59,775 nt of DNA from Octopus bimaculoides (GCF_001194135.2 NC_068983.1:121598266-121658040), one strand, 5' to 3'. Positions 1 through 13,007 are shown, counted from the stretch's first letter. The notes: a model not told the origin generated them from the letters alone. Numbers and translations are program-made.

Positions 1-3000
1 AAACGTGCATTCGAACGAATGAACGTAAGTCCGTACCTACATACGTAGAACTAAACGACCAAACGAACGAACGAACGAACGTACGTACGTATGTACGAAC
101 GTGCGAACGTAAGAACGAACATACGAACGTAAGAACGAACGTACGTACGTTCGTTCGTTCATTCTTATGTAAGTACGTACATTCGTTCGTTCGTACTTGC
201 GTACGTACTATCGTACGTTCGTTCGTTCCTTCGTTCGTACGTACGTACGTACATACATACGTACGTATGTTCGTTCGTTCGTACTTACGTACGTACGTTC
301 GTTCGTTCGTTCGGTCGTCCGTACGTATGTACGTACGTACGTACCTTCGTTCGTACGTACATACTTACGAACTTACGTACGTACGTTCGTTCTTACGTTC
401 GCACGCTCGTACGTATGTACATTCGTATGTTCGTACGTACGTACGGTCGTTCGTTCGTTTGGTCGTTCATTCGTACGTATGTACGTATGGACTTATGTTT
501 GTTCGTTCCAACGTACTTTCGTTCGTTACTTCATTTTGTTCCTTCGTTCTTTCGTTCTTATGTACGTATGTACGATCGTTCGTTCATACTTTCATTCGTT
601 CGTTCGCTCGTTTGTTCGTTCGTTCGTACGTACGGAAGTATGTACATGCTTTCGGTTGTTTCTTCGTTCGTTCGTACGCACGTACGTAGGTACGTTCGTT
701 CGCTCGTACGTTCGTTCGTTCGTCCGTACGTACTTACTTACGTACATACGTACGTACATTCTTTCTTTCGTTCGTTCTTTCGTTCGTTCGTTAAATCGTT
801 CGGACGTACTTACGTGCTTACGTACTTTCGTTCGTTCGTTCGTTTGTTCATTTGTTCCTTCGTACGTGCGTTCGTTCTTTCGTTCGTTCGGCCTACATTC
901 GTACGTACGTACTACGTACCTTCGTTCGTTCGTTCGTACGTACGTACGCTTGTTTTTCGATCAATCGTTCGTTCGTACGTTCTTTAGTTCGTTCTTACGT
1001 TCGTTCGTTCGTTCATTCGTTCATTTGTACGTAAGTACGTACGTTCGTCCGTTCATTCGTACGAACGTACTTACGTAACTTCGTTCGTTCGGTCGTTCGT
1101 ACGTACGTACGTAGTTCGTTCTTTCGTTCGNNNNNNNNNNCGTACTTACGTGCTTACGTACTTTCGTTCGTTCGTTCGTTTGTTCATTTGTTCCTTCGTA
1201 CGTGCGTTCGTTCTTTCGTTCGTTCGGCCTACATTCGTACGTACGTACTACGTACCTTCGTTCGTTCGTTCGTACGTACGTACGCTTGTTTTTCGATCAA
1301 TCGTTCGTTCGTACGTTCTTTAGTTCGTTCTTACGTTCGTTCGTTCGTTCATTCGTTCATTTGTACGTAAGTACGTACGTTCGTCCGTTCATTCGTACGA
1401 ACGTACTTACGTAACTTCGTTCGTTCGGTCGTTCGTACGTACGTACGTAGTTCGTTCTTTCGTTCGTTCATTCTTTCGTTAGTTCGTTCGTTCGTTCGTT
1501 CGTCCGTATGTACGTACATACGTATGTACGTTCGTTTGTTCGTTCGTACATGCTTACGTTCCTTCTTTCGTTCGTTCGTACGTACGTACGTACGTTCGTT
1601 CGTTAGTACCTTCGTTCGTATGTACGTACTTACGTACGGACGAACGATCGTTCTTCCGTACGTACGTACGTACGTTCGTTCTTTCGTTCGTTCGTTCGTT
1701 CGTTCGTTCGTTCATTCGTATGTAAGTACGTACGTTCGTTCGTTCGTACTTACGTACGTACTAACGTACGTTCGTTCATTCGTTCGTTCGTTCGTACGTA
1801 TGTACGTACATACATACGTACGTACGTACATACATACGTACGTACGTACTACGTTCGTTCGTTTGTTCGTTCGTACTTACGTTCTTACGAACGTACGTAC
1901 GTTCGTTCTTACATTCGTACGTTCGTTCGTTCGTTTGGTCGTTCATTCGTACGTATGTAAGTACGAACTTAGGTACGTTCGTTCCTTCATTTCGTTCGTT
2001 CGTTCGTTCTTTTGTTCGTTCGTTCGGTCCTTCATTCGTACGTACGTAGCTTCATTCTTTCGTTCGTGCGTTTGTTCATTCGTTTCTTCGTACGTACTTT
2101 CGTTATTTCGTACGTTCATTCGGTCATTCTTTCGTACGTAAGTACATACCTTCCTTCGTTCGTTTGTACGTACGTACGTCTGTTCGTTCGTTCATTCGTT
2201 CGTTCGTCCGTTCATTCGTTTCTTCTTTCCTTCGTTCATTCGTTCGTTCGTTCGTACGTACATACGTTCTTTCATTATTTCCTGCCTAGTAATACGTACG
2301 CACGTTCGTTCTTTCATTCGTTCGTTCTTTCGTTGGTTCGTTCTTTCGTTGGTTCGTTCGTTCATTCGTACGTACGTGCTTTCGTTCGTACGTATGAACG
2401 TACGTTCGTTCTTTCGTTCGTTCGGTCGTTCGAACCTACGTATATACGTACGNNNNNNNNNNNNNNNNNNNNNNNNNNNNNNNNNNNNNNNNNNNNNNNN
2501 NNNNNNNNNNNNNNNNNNNNNNNNNNNNNNNNNNNNNNNNNNNNNNNNNNNNACGTACGTACAGACTTACGTACTTTCGTTTCTTCGTTCGTTCGTTCGT
2601 TCGTACGTACGTAGATCCTTTGTCTATTCGTTCGTTCATTCTTTTGTTGGTAGCTTCGTGCTTTCTTTTGTTCAANNNNNNNNNNTTCGTTGGTTTGTAT
2701 CTTTCTTTCGTACGTACGTACGTACTTACGATCATCCGTTCGTTCCTACCTACGTACGTTCTTTCGTTAGTTCCGTCGTTCGTTCGTACGTTGCTTCCAT
2801 CTTTCGATCGTTCGTTCGTTTGCACGTACTTACGTTCATTCTTTGTTCGTTCGTTCTTTCGTTCGTTCATTCGTTCGTTTGTTCGTTCTTTCGTTCGTTC
2901 GTTCAATCGTTCGTTCGTTTGTTCGTTCGTTCGTACGTATGTACTCACTTACGTACATTCGTTCGTACGTACGTTCATTCTTTCTTTCATTCGTTTGTTC

Positions 3001-4928
3001 GTACTTATGTACGTACGTACGTTCTCTCGTACGTACTTTCGTTCGTACGTTCGTACGCACGTACATACGTTCGTTCGTACGTTCGTTCGTACGTTCGTGC
3101 GTTCGTACGTACGTGCATACGTTCGTTCGTTCGTACGTTCTTTCGGACGTACGTACGTTCNNNNNNNNNNACGTTCGTTCGTTCGTACGTTCTTTCGGAC
3201 GTACGTACGTTCGTTCCTTCGTTCGTTCATTCGTACGTATGTACGTATATACTTACATTCGTTCGTTCGTTCTTTCATTCGTTGGTTCGTTCGTTTATTT
3301 CTTTCGTTCGCTCGTTCGTACGTACGTACGCTCGTTCGTTCTTACGTACGTACGTTCGTTCTTACGTACGTACGTTCGTTTGTACACACGTACGTTCGTT
3401 CGTATGTACGTACGTTCGTTCGTTCGTACGTACGTACGTTCGTTCGTACGTTCGTTCGTTCATAGTTCGTTCATACGTTTGTTCATACGTACGTACTTTC
3501 CTTCGTTCGTACTTTCCTTCGTTTGTACATTCTTTCATTCGATCGTTCGTTCATTCATTCGTTCGTTCGTTTGTTCGTACTTACGTTCGTTCAATATTTC
3601 GGCCTATGTACATACGTACGTACGATGGTTCGTTCGTTCGTTCGATGGTTCTTTCCTACGTACGTTTGTACGTATGTTCGATTCTTCGTTCATTCGTTCG
3701 TTTTTTTGTTAATTCGTTTTTTCGTTCGTTCGTTAGTTCATTCATCCGGTAGTTTGTTCGAACGTACGTACGTTNNNNNNNNNNTCGTTCGTTAGTTCAT
3801 TCATCCGGTAGTTTGTTCGAACGTACGTACGTTCTTTCGTTCGCTCGTCCGTTGTTTCGTTTGTTCATTCGTCCAATCTTTCGTTCCTTCGTTCGTTCAA
3901 TCTTACTTTCGCTCGTTCGTTCGGTCGTTCGTACATTCCTTCGTTCTTTCGATCGTTCGTTCATTCTTTCGATCGTTCATTCGTTCGTTCGTACGTACGT
4001 ACGTTCCTTGTTTCGTTCGTTCGTTCTTTCGTTCGTTCTTTCGATGTTTCGTTCGTTCGTTCTTACGTTCGTTTGTCCGTTCGATCTTTCGTTCGTACGC
4101 ATGTACTTACTTACGTTCGTTCGTTCGTACGTACTTACTTATGTACGTACGTACGCTCATTCTTTCGTTCGTTCGTTTGTTCGTACGTACGTACGTTCGT
4201 TCGTTCGTACGTTCGTAGGTATTTAAGTTCGTACGTAAGTACGTTCTTTCCTTTTTTCGTACATACGTTCGTTCGTTCGTACGTACGTTCGTTCGTTCGT
4301 TCATTCGTACGTATGTACGTACGTTCGTNNNNNNNNNNTACGTTCGTTCGTTCGTTCATTCGTACGTATGTACGTACGTTCGTTCGTTGCTTCTTTTCGT
4401 TCGCTCATTCTTTCGTTTGTTCGTTCGTTCGTTCGTCCGTCCATCCGTCCGTACGTACGTTCGTTCGTTCGTTCGTACGTACGGACGTATGTAGATGCTT
4501 TCGTTCGNNNNNNNNNNGTTCGTTCGTTCGTTCGTACGTACGGACGTATGTAGATGCTTTCGTTCGTCCGTACCCGCGTACGTACGTACGTTCTTTCGTT
4601 CGTTCGTACGTACATACTTACGTACTTTCGTTCGTTCGTTCGTANNNNNNNNNNGTTCGTACGTACATACTTACGTACTTTCGTTCGTTCGTTCGTACGT
4701 ACGTACGTTCGTTTGTTCATTCGTTCGTTCATTGTTTTGTTCGTACCTTCGTACATTCGTTCTTTCGTTTGTTCGTTCGNNNNNNNNNNTAGTTCGTTCG
4801 TTCGTTCTTTCGTTTGTTCGTTCGTTCGTTCGTTCATTCGTTCGTTCTTTCGTTCGTTCGTTCAATCGTTTGTTCGTTCGTTCGTACGTATGTACTCACT
4901 TACGTAGTTCGTTCGTACGTACTTACTT
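1..4928. repeat. Complex tetranucleotide satellite (TTCG/TACG with TTCA, TTCT, TACA, TACT variants), interrupted by short N gaps
   Basis: Continuous 4-bp periodicity is directly visible. All ORF-track entries here (RSFV/RTYV/NERT repeats) are translations of the repeat. Confidence 0.97.
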
Positions 4929-5039
4929 ATATATATATACATGTATATATATATATATACACAATATATATATACATATACATATACATATACACCAGCA
5001 CACATACTAGCACTGACCAGCACCTACACNNNNNNNNNN

Positions 5040-5560
5040 CATATACATATACACCAGCACACATACTAGCACTGACCAGCACCTACACCATCATCCACAC
5101 ACCTTCACATGCACACACGCACACGTCAAGGTCACCCTTCCACACGCACATACACGCTCTCACATATACACGCACGCGCACTTTCATTTTAGGATCACCA
5201 CTACTTTATTATCTCCCCTTCTTCCTAACTCTACTGTGTGACTCCTCTGTCCTGCATTCGCCATGATAGATTGCTAGCCACTAAACCTTTTTCTATTTTC
5301 TCTNNNNNNNNNNNNNNNNNNNNNNNNNNNNNNNNNNNNNNNNNNNNNNNNNNNNNNNNNNNNNNNNNNNNNNNNNNNNNNNNNNNNNNNNNNNNNNNNN
5401 NNNAAAAGGGAAATATTCTTTATGTTGCATGTCTCGTTTCTCTGTTTGTTTTTGTTTTCGTTGTTCGAAAAAAACTTCATTTTCTGTCTTCGTCTTTATG
5501 TTTTCGTTTCTCATTGTGTTTAACGTTTTTTTGATGTCCTGTACCCATATATGCATGTAT
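5040..5560 (+). mobile_element. Probable 3' part of a non-autonomous Penelope-like repeat (AC-rich segment, then pyrimidine-rich tail; middle lost in a gap)
   Basis: Layout resembles the minus-strand element at 30430-31090. Family assignment is from recall of cephalopod repeats and is unverified. Confidence 0.3.
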
Positions 5561-5631
5561 GTATACATATAGATGTAGGTATGTACATATATGTATGGAT
5601 ATATGCATATATTTATATATTGTTTATGTTG

Positions 5632-5669
<38 letters not shown>

Positions 5670-5826
5670 ATATATAATGAAGCATTGGTTATAGAACAAA
5701 CATTAAATTTGGGTCAACGACTTTACATGCAACACCACCCCTCAAACATCTAATCATAAATAAAAATCACCATGGTTCTCAATCACATAAAAAATAATAC
5801 ATATACATAAAATCACAGAAGGTAAA

Positions 5827-6152
5827 ATGACAGTCACCATTTCTCACTAGAGAGTTTTACTTCCTTCGCTTTAGAACTCTCTCAGCGCGTAGTTCTTTCA
5901 CTCACGTCAACGCTGGCTGCTCAGTAAATTCTTTTAATGAGCCAGCAGACTGAACAAATAATGTGACTTTCTTGAAGGTATTCTCGCGCACACTACTAGC
6001 GACGCCGTCACCTCCATGTTGCTTCGTTTTGGACCAACCAACCAACCAACCAACCAACCGTCCGTATCGGAAGATTTAATTTAGCCAAGCGTCGCACGCT
6101 CAATTACCAGACACACTTACGGACTACTAAACATGGTGACCGTTTGGCTAAA
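5827..6152. repeat. ~320-bp direct repeat, copy 1 (LTR-retroelement-like)
   Basis: Aligns along its whole length with 7335-7647 (atgacagtc...ggt(g/a)accgtttggctaaa). It contains ACA|TGGTGACCG near its 3' end, a PBS-like junction. Confidence 0.75.
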
Positions 6153-7334
6153 TATTGGTGATCTGACTTAGAACATGTTCTCGTCTATATTGGTGACTAA
6201 GAAGCAACGACCACCATCCCGTCGAAAGACACGACCAGCACCCTTTGACTGAGAACTTCAGCCTCGCCTTCTTCCGATTGAGGCTATGAATTCAATCATT
6301 CCCACGGACGCCATGGAGGTAGTTACCTCAATTGCATCATGCACTGTTGTATTGTTACTGTACTAGTGACTACTACTATAGTCGTTTCCGCGACCCAGGT
6401 TATATGTATTTTGCTCCTTACAGACATATCCCGGCCTATAGGGCGCATAGACTCTGTTTATAGCCTACTCGGTTATACTTTCTTATACGCACTTCTTATA
6501 CACTTTGTTGCTTTTCTTCTCATTTTCTTTGCATGTGCTTGATATGCTGTGATTAAATGTTTTGTTATACATGTATACACACGGTTATAACATTCACACA
6601 TCTACACATGTTGGATATTCTTGGCAGAACGTTTTTCATGGGTTTCTAGCAGCCCCACCCATAAAACACCTCTCATTAACGCATTTTCTTTGCAAGCATG
6701 TTGCGTTCCATGCGTTATTTTTTTGGTGCCTGATCACCAGCAAATTCTTTTTGCACGGTTTGGAACTGCTTTTCCTGTTGCTACGCTTCAATTGCATCAT
6801 TGTCGCTTTCTGACACCCACAGCCTGTTTCAACCTATGCGGGCGACTCACTGTCTCACAGACTGCACCCTTTTTGTCATTGAAATGCGATTCACTGTCAT
6901 AGCAGGCAAAAACTTTTGGCACTGCTTGTTATAGCAGCCATATGCTCATAGGTGCCTCGATTGCGAGACTTTGTTAATATCTCTGAGCTCAAAAGCTTTC
7001 GTAAGACCTATTTTCAGGTCCAGTAGAATTAAGGAACTTTATTCACGCTCTTGAGAGGTACTCATTTGAGGTACGGCGTTTTTACGCTGATTTCCTTATC
7101 TTTTCTATACTACACTTTTCTCAATGGTATCGTTCATTTCACCTACCGGCTCATTTTCTGGCGGTAGCTCACTGTAGCAGCTCTGTGTTTGATATTGGTT
7201 TACATGCAAATATACATTTCTTCCTTTCAAAGTTAGCTCAGTCAACTTTGTGTTATTGCACATTTTGTGTCGTTCTCTGTGATTGCTTAGAATGGAAGTT
7301 TCCTTCTGTTTCCGTTTTTGCATTTGTATAAAGC

Positions 7335-7647
7335 ATGACAGTCGCCATTTCTCACAAGAGTTTTCCTTCCTTTGCTTTAAAACTCTCGGCACGTAGTTCT
7401 TTCACTCACGCCAACGCTGGCTGCTCAGCAAGTTCTTTTGATGAGCCAGCGGACTGAACAAACAATGTGGCCTTCTCGGAAGCATTCTCGCGCACACTAC
7501 TAGCGCCACCGTCGCCTCCATGTTGTTTCGCTTTGGACAAACCAACCAGCCGTCTGTACTAGAAGAAGATTTAATTTAGCCAAGCGTGGCACGCTCGACT
7601 ACCAGACACACTTACGGACTACTAAAAGTGGTAACCGTTTGGCTAAA
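7335..7647. repeat. ~320-bp direct repeat, copy 2
   Basis: Visible alignment to 5827-6152 with scattered substitutions and a shorter (ACCA)n tract. Confidence 0.75.
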
Positions 7648-7649
7648 GT

Positions 7650-8260
7650 AAAAACAAATCATATACTCCTTCCATTAACTCCACTAAATCTAAAAAAGAT
7701 TACAAACTATCTAAAAATAATTCTGTTGAACCTAATACGATTTCCTTAATTATTCCATATGCAATACAAATTAAAAATAATATAATTAAATCGATATTTA
7801 AGTCTATTTATAAGCATTTTAACACCGATAACAAATATAGCGAAATTATCAATTATAAAAATGTCAGAATTGATTTTAGTCTTACTCGTGACCTGTTCTC
7901 AGTTATAACATCTATTAAGAATGAAAAATTAAATAAAATTTACTCTAATAATCTCACAAACTTATACAATAATACTAACAGCTATAGATTCCCAAACGAC
8001 AGAAGGGAAATAACCCATACTAATTCCCTTACTATCAATTCTTTTAATAAATATACACATAAGGATGTAAACGAATATTGTGACTGCAAAGTTAAAACTA
8101 ATTGTAAATTCAAAAATTCATGTAAGAAAGATAACGTAGTCTACCAATGTACAATAGAATCTCAGGGGAAAAGTATTATTTTATAGACAATTGCAGCGTG
8201 GAAGGTGTTTATAAGCCATTTAAAATAACACACAAAGACCGTTAGATTCACTTCAACATT
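7650..8260 (+). mobile_element. Penelope-like element remnant, Neptune-type RT thumb/linker and start of GIY-YIG
   Basis: Stop-free frame up to TAG at 8184-8186 that lacks an ATG, so it is absent from the track: IIPYAIQIKNNIIKSIFKSIYKHF..NVRIDFS...YCDCKVKTNCKFKNSCKKDNVVYQCTI. This matches the Neptune-clade Cys-rich linker preceding GIY-YIG. Confidence 0.75.
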
Positions 8261-9875
8261 TAAATTTAATTTGTCAAATTATTTTCGTCGCTTTGAGACC
8301 GCGACCTCAAGAAAGAAAGGTCAGACTTGACCGAACACCGGTCACGTGGGGCGAGAAGAGAGAGAGGTAGAGGCAGAGGGACAGAAGAATTAAGGAGGGG
8401 CGAGAAAAGATGACAGGGACACAGTGAAGTGAAAAGAGGAGGGAAAGTAAGCACGAAGAGAAGGCAATGAACTGTAAGAGAGGGGAAACGAAAGAACGAA
8501 GAGTGGAATGAACGAAGTAAGCGTGAAAGGGCTGATAGAAAGAAATAAAGAATAAAATAAAGAATAAAGACGTACAAGATTTAGATAAATATATACTCAC
8601 TAAACTAGAATGTATAGTTTTCACATTCATATTTGAACTTTTTCCGTTTCAATAACGCAAAAAGTTACTTTTTGTTTTTACTCATTCTCGAATTTGATGG
8701 ACATATAGCCGTACTCAGGAAATCTCTAGTGAGACTTTTTATTGATGTACCCAGAACGAATCGAAACATGTGTTGTACCCAATAAAATCTATTACAGATT
8801 CCATCTATTTTATTAATAATGTTACCCCAACCGCTACTACGATGTTCTTGCGATAAATCTACGGATAGCAACAGGTAATCGAAACTGTGCCGGTGCTTTA
8901 CTCATCGTCTATTTATACGTTTTGTATAATTTTTCCATTATATATATATATATATATATATATATNNNNNNNNNNNNNNNNNNNNNNNNNNNNNNNNNNN
9001 NNNNNNNNNNNNNNNNNNNNNNNNNNNNNNNNNNNNNNNNNNNNNNNNNNNNNNCACGTGTGTGTTTGTGTGTGTGTGTGTGTGTGTGTAACAAAACCTC
9101 CATAAATTAGAAAACCGTTAAATATTATCCTAGCCAGAATTAAAATCCTCGTGAAAGACAATCACACGATATCAATGTATAGTACAATATAAACAAGAAA
9201 ATCACCATGAACCAAAAAGTCGAGTTCCATCGTACGAGAATGAAGGACAAAATAGATCGAGAACCTAAGACACAGAAGATTCACAGACAACAAGCATAGC
9301 ATACCTCAATCATCATTTACCAAATGGATATCATTAAGATTCCGATATTGGAACAGTACAATTCAATGCTGCGTGGGAATTAATAGACAAAGATCAAGAA
9401 CGAAACATTAGGGTATGTTCATTACGTCTACGCTAGCTTATTACAAATACAAACATCAAATCTCAAACATAAATTATTTCATGCCTATAGCTATGGAGTA
9501 CAGGAATTAAAAAGACTAGGTATAGAACATAGAAATATCTTAAGAATAGACATTGCAACCCCAAGAATTATTGAACTTAAAATGCACTCTCAAACTAAAC
9601 GCATTGAACAAAAATGACTGAACCTACTCAAATTTTCACGTTACTGAGACGCCAAAAAGGAAAATAAGAATAACCTAAGGCATAATAAACCTACAATTTC
9701 AAATATATAGATTAATTAAAGAACATAGACCAATAGACATTGCTACTTCACAATCTTTAACATATTTCAAGCACGAAAAGATAAACTAGCGTAAACTAGC
9801 AGAATGATATTTCTTTAACTACGAAGCGTCAATCGTCTTCAAATGCCTAAACATATGGCGAGCCATATGTATGTA

Positions 9876-10936
9876 TTAGGTTGGGAAGAAAGTCTTGTCA
9901 CATCTCAAGATGGAAAAAAAAACAAAACAAATGCTTCTTTGGCCTTAATTGATACATTTAATCAAGTTAATATTTCTCCTCATTAGTGATAACGAGATCC
10001 CATCTTTTTCGCAAATTGATTCCTCAGGCGTAAAATTCTTCAGGTTTCAAAGGAAAGAAACAGTCAATTTCATTTTTAACCTATTTACAATTAATAAACT
10101 GTCTTCCCTTAAAATAATGTTATAAGGATCTGAAAAGATGAGAGACAGGCAAAGTAAGGTCAGAAACGGAAGGAGGATGAAACAAAAATTTTCATATTTA
10201 GTGCCACGATCATTTCCAAGTGACTTGCGTAATAAGCAGTCTTGCATCATCAAGTAAGATCACCCATTTACAATCGACCAATGATGGGCGCTTTTTCTGC
10301 ACATTTTTGTATTGTGCTGCCAATCAACGACAATACTTTTCTGAATTAACTGTTTTGTTTTGGCCTAACAATTTATGATATATTATAACATTTATATTCC
10401 CACAAATCACAGAGGATAACTTTTTGGGGGTAAAGTCTTAGTTTAGGAATTCTTTTTTATTGGATGTTAACCACTGTCGTTTCCGTTGCATTTGATTATA
10501 GAGAATCCACTTTTCCTTATTTGCGATGATTCTACCTAGGAAAGGTTCGTAACGGAGAAGCAGATGATGAGTGGCCCACTGACCAAGTTTAGACACTTTT
10601 CTTATGATTTGAAGTGAACTGTTTTGTTAATTCTCGAGCAGTTTGCTTTGGATTTTCCTCAACTACAGTTTTCAGAATCTCAGTATCGACAGAACTCGGT
10701 CGTCCAGATTGAGCGGAATCTGAGTGAGAAAAATTTCCCAAACGAAACTGGCCAAACCATCTCCGGACACTTAAAACTTCAATACGAATTTAACCGCTAT
10801 CAAATGAAGTAATTCTACAAAGATAGAAATATAACCATTGGAATGTAAAAAGATTATTCTTTTTACTGTGAGTATTGAAAAAAGTACCCTGAAAATGATC
10901 ATGTCAAAAATGCAACAGGTCTTTCTTTCCAACTAA
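9876..10936 (-). mobile_element. Degraded mariner (DD34D-type) transposon with both TIRs and TA target duplication
   Basis: Left end TA|ttaggttgggaagaaagtc (9874), right end ctttctttccaactaa|TA (10938). Minus-strand peptides VRRWFGQFRLGNF..SGRPSSVD, KWILYNQMQRKRQWL and EILFHPPSVSDL..HLFRSL match mariner motifs. Stops and frameshifts are present. Confidence 0.85.
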
Positions 10937-11250
10937 TATATATTTTATATGAAATTGATTAAATCAATGGGAACTACTTTCAAAAGTAGCATTTAATACT
11001 ACTATTTGTTTATTTAATACTTCTATTTGTTTATTTAAAAATTAACATGGCACAATAAAGATCGTTTCCACACAAAAGTCATTATCAAGGACACACATAC
11101 ACATATGTATACATGTATGTATGTATGTATGTATGTATGTATGTATGTACGCAGGCGCGCGCACACACACACACACACATTTATATAATATACATATATA
11201 TCCAGCCATACTTACATACTTTCATATACATACATCCACACACCTATGAA

Positions 11251-11297
<47 letters not shown>

Positions 11298-11636
11298 AAT
11301 AGTGTAAGTTTTCTAACTTGCAAGATATGCCTGTGGTGTGATTTTGCTAACTGGCATGATACAACCAGTGTGTGAATGAACGAAATAGAATTTGTTAATT
11401 GATAGAAATATGTGGCACGTAAAACTTCACAGAAATAAAACTCAATGGAGATGTGTTATTCGCCTTCCAAAGGCACATAGACAAACATACAAACAAACAA
11501 GCAGACAAACACTCTGACAGTTAAACAGGCATAAAGTAGTTATCTGTAAGGTGTAAGCTTTCTCAGGAATGAAGATCTCATTTTATATTTGAGCATGTTG
11601 CACTACCTTGATGCAAACACTCAGGAGTTTCTTTGC

Positions 11637-11695
11637 ATGTATGTATTTATGTATGTATGTATGTATGTATGTAGGTATGTATGTATGTATGTATG

Positions 11696-11748
<53 letters not shown>

Positions 11749-11847
11749 GTCTGTCTGTCTGTCTGTCTGCCTGTCTGTCTGTCGGTCTGTCCGTCCGTCC
11801 GTCCGTCTGTCCGTCTGTCTGTCTGTCTGTCTGTCCGTCTGTCTATC

Positions 11848-11924
<77 letters not shown>

Positions 11925-11976
11925 GTCTATCTCTGTCTCTGTCTGCCTGTCTCTGTCTCTGGCCTCTCTCTCTATC
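11637..11976. repeat. Compound microsatellite ATGT-ATCT-GTCT-GTCC-GTCT-ATCT
   Basis: Directly visible. Confidence 0.95.
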
Positions 11977-12414
11977 NNNNNNNNNNNNNNNNNNNNNNNN
12001 NNNNNNNNNNNNNNNNNNNNNNNNNNNNNNNNNNNNNNNNNNNNNNNNNNNNNNNNNNNNNNNNNNNNNNNNNNNNNNNNNNNNNNNNNNNNNNNNNNNN
12101 NNNNNNNNNNNNNNNNNNNNNNNNNNNNNNNNNNNNNNNNNNNNNNNNNNNNNNNNNNNNNNNNNNNNNNNNNNNNNNNNNNNNNNNNNNNNNNNNNNNN
12201 NNNNNNNNNNNNNNNNNNNNNNNNNNNNNNNNNNNNNNNNNNNNNNNNNNNNNNNNNNNNNNNNNNNNNNNNNNNNNNNNNNNNNNNNNNNNNNNNNNNN
12301 NNNNNNNNNNNNNNNNNNNNNNNNNNNNNNNNNNNNNNNNNNNNNNNNNNNNNNNNNNNNNNNNNNNNNNNNNNNNNNNNNNNNNNNNNNNNNNNNNNNN
12401 NNNTATATATATAT

Positions 12415-12630
12415 ACGACAGGCTTTTTTCAGTTTCCATCTACCAAATCCACTCACAAGGCGTTGGTCAACCCGAGGGTATAGTAGAAGACACTTGTCCA
12501 AGTGGAACTGAACTCGGAACCATGTAGTTGGGAAGCAAGCTTCTTACCACACAAACATATCTGCACCTCGACACAACCACACCTGCGCCTCGACACAGCC
12601 AGGCCTGCGCCTCGACACAGCCATACTCCT
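12415..12630 (-). mobile_element. tRNA-derived CORE-type SINE, 5' half, with reiterated 22-bp head
   Basis: Reverse complement of the family at 21263 and 44045 (aaccacatggttcc..gttcagt, gggcaagtgtcttctactata). 22-bp tandem units at 12549-12630. Confidence 0.85.
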
Positions 12631-12639
12631 TCTAAGGCC

Positions 12640-13007
12640 TCCAATGCTGGAATGGTCAAAGGATAGAGGCCATATTAATATGGTTCATCTCTTCTTGGTC
12701 GTAAAAATTTGTTTGCATAGAGCCAACATCCCTACCTAGAAAAAGGCAAAGTTACAGAAACATCAATGACAATTCAAACCAACAAGACCTGCGAACGGAA
12801 GGGCTTCCCTCAAGGATCTTGAACTCAAAGGGAGGTGGAAGAAAGTACGCTTTAAAAGTAGCTGGAGGCAGTATACTGAGATAGAGCTGAAAAAACAGAG
12901 AACAAATGAAGAGAAGCAGGAAAGACGACTTAGAGCCGAAAACAATGGAGAAAAGTTGTTGGTGGCCTAAGCTCCATACGGAGCGAAGAACTTGATTAAG
13001 TAAGTAA
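12640..13007 (+). mobile_element. RTE-clade LINE 3' end, degraded
   Basis: Frame ELKGRWKKVRFKSSWRQYTEIELKK resembles the RTE C-terminal PQGKRKRGRPKNTWRR motif. It ends in a TAAG-repeat tail (gattaagtaagtaaa). Confidence 0.55.

Noticed and set aside
804-1466. ~330-bp higher-order repeat (period 336) in the satellite, and similar short duplications around 3160, 3780, 4330, 4510, 4650 and 5030
   Set aside because: Each pair is near-identical and sits on either side of a 10-N gap, typical of unmerged contig overlaps.
197-5010. Many long ORFs (up to 467 aa) on both strands
   Set aside because: They are translations of the 4-bp satellite, which rarely contains stops, and include N gaps. There is no coding signal.
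8272-8576. Purine-rich block bounded by TGT..ACA on the minus strand (solo LTR?)
   Set aside because: There is no matching 4-6 bp target duplication (aatt versus agat) and no second copy in the window.
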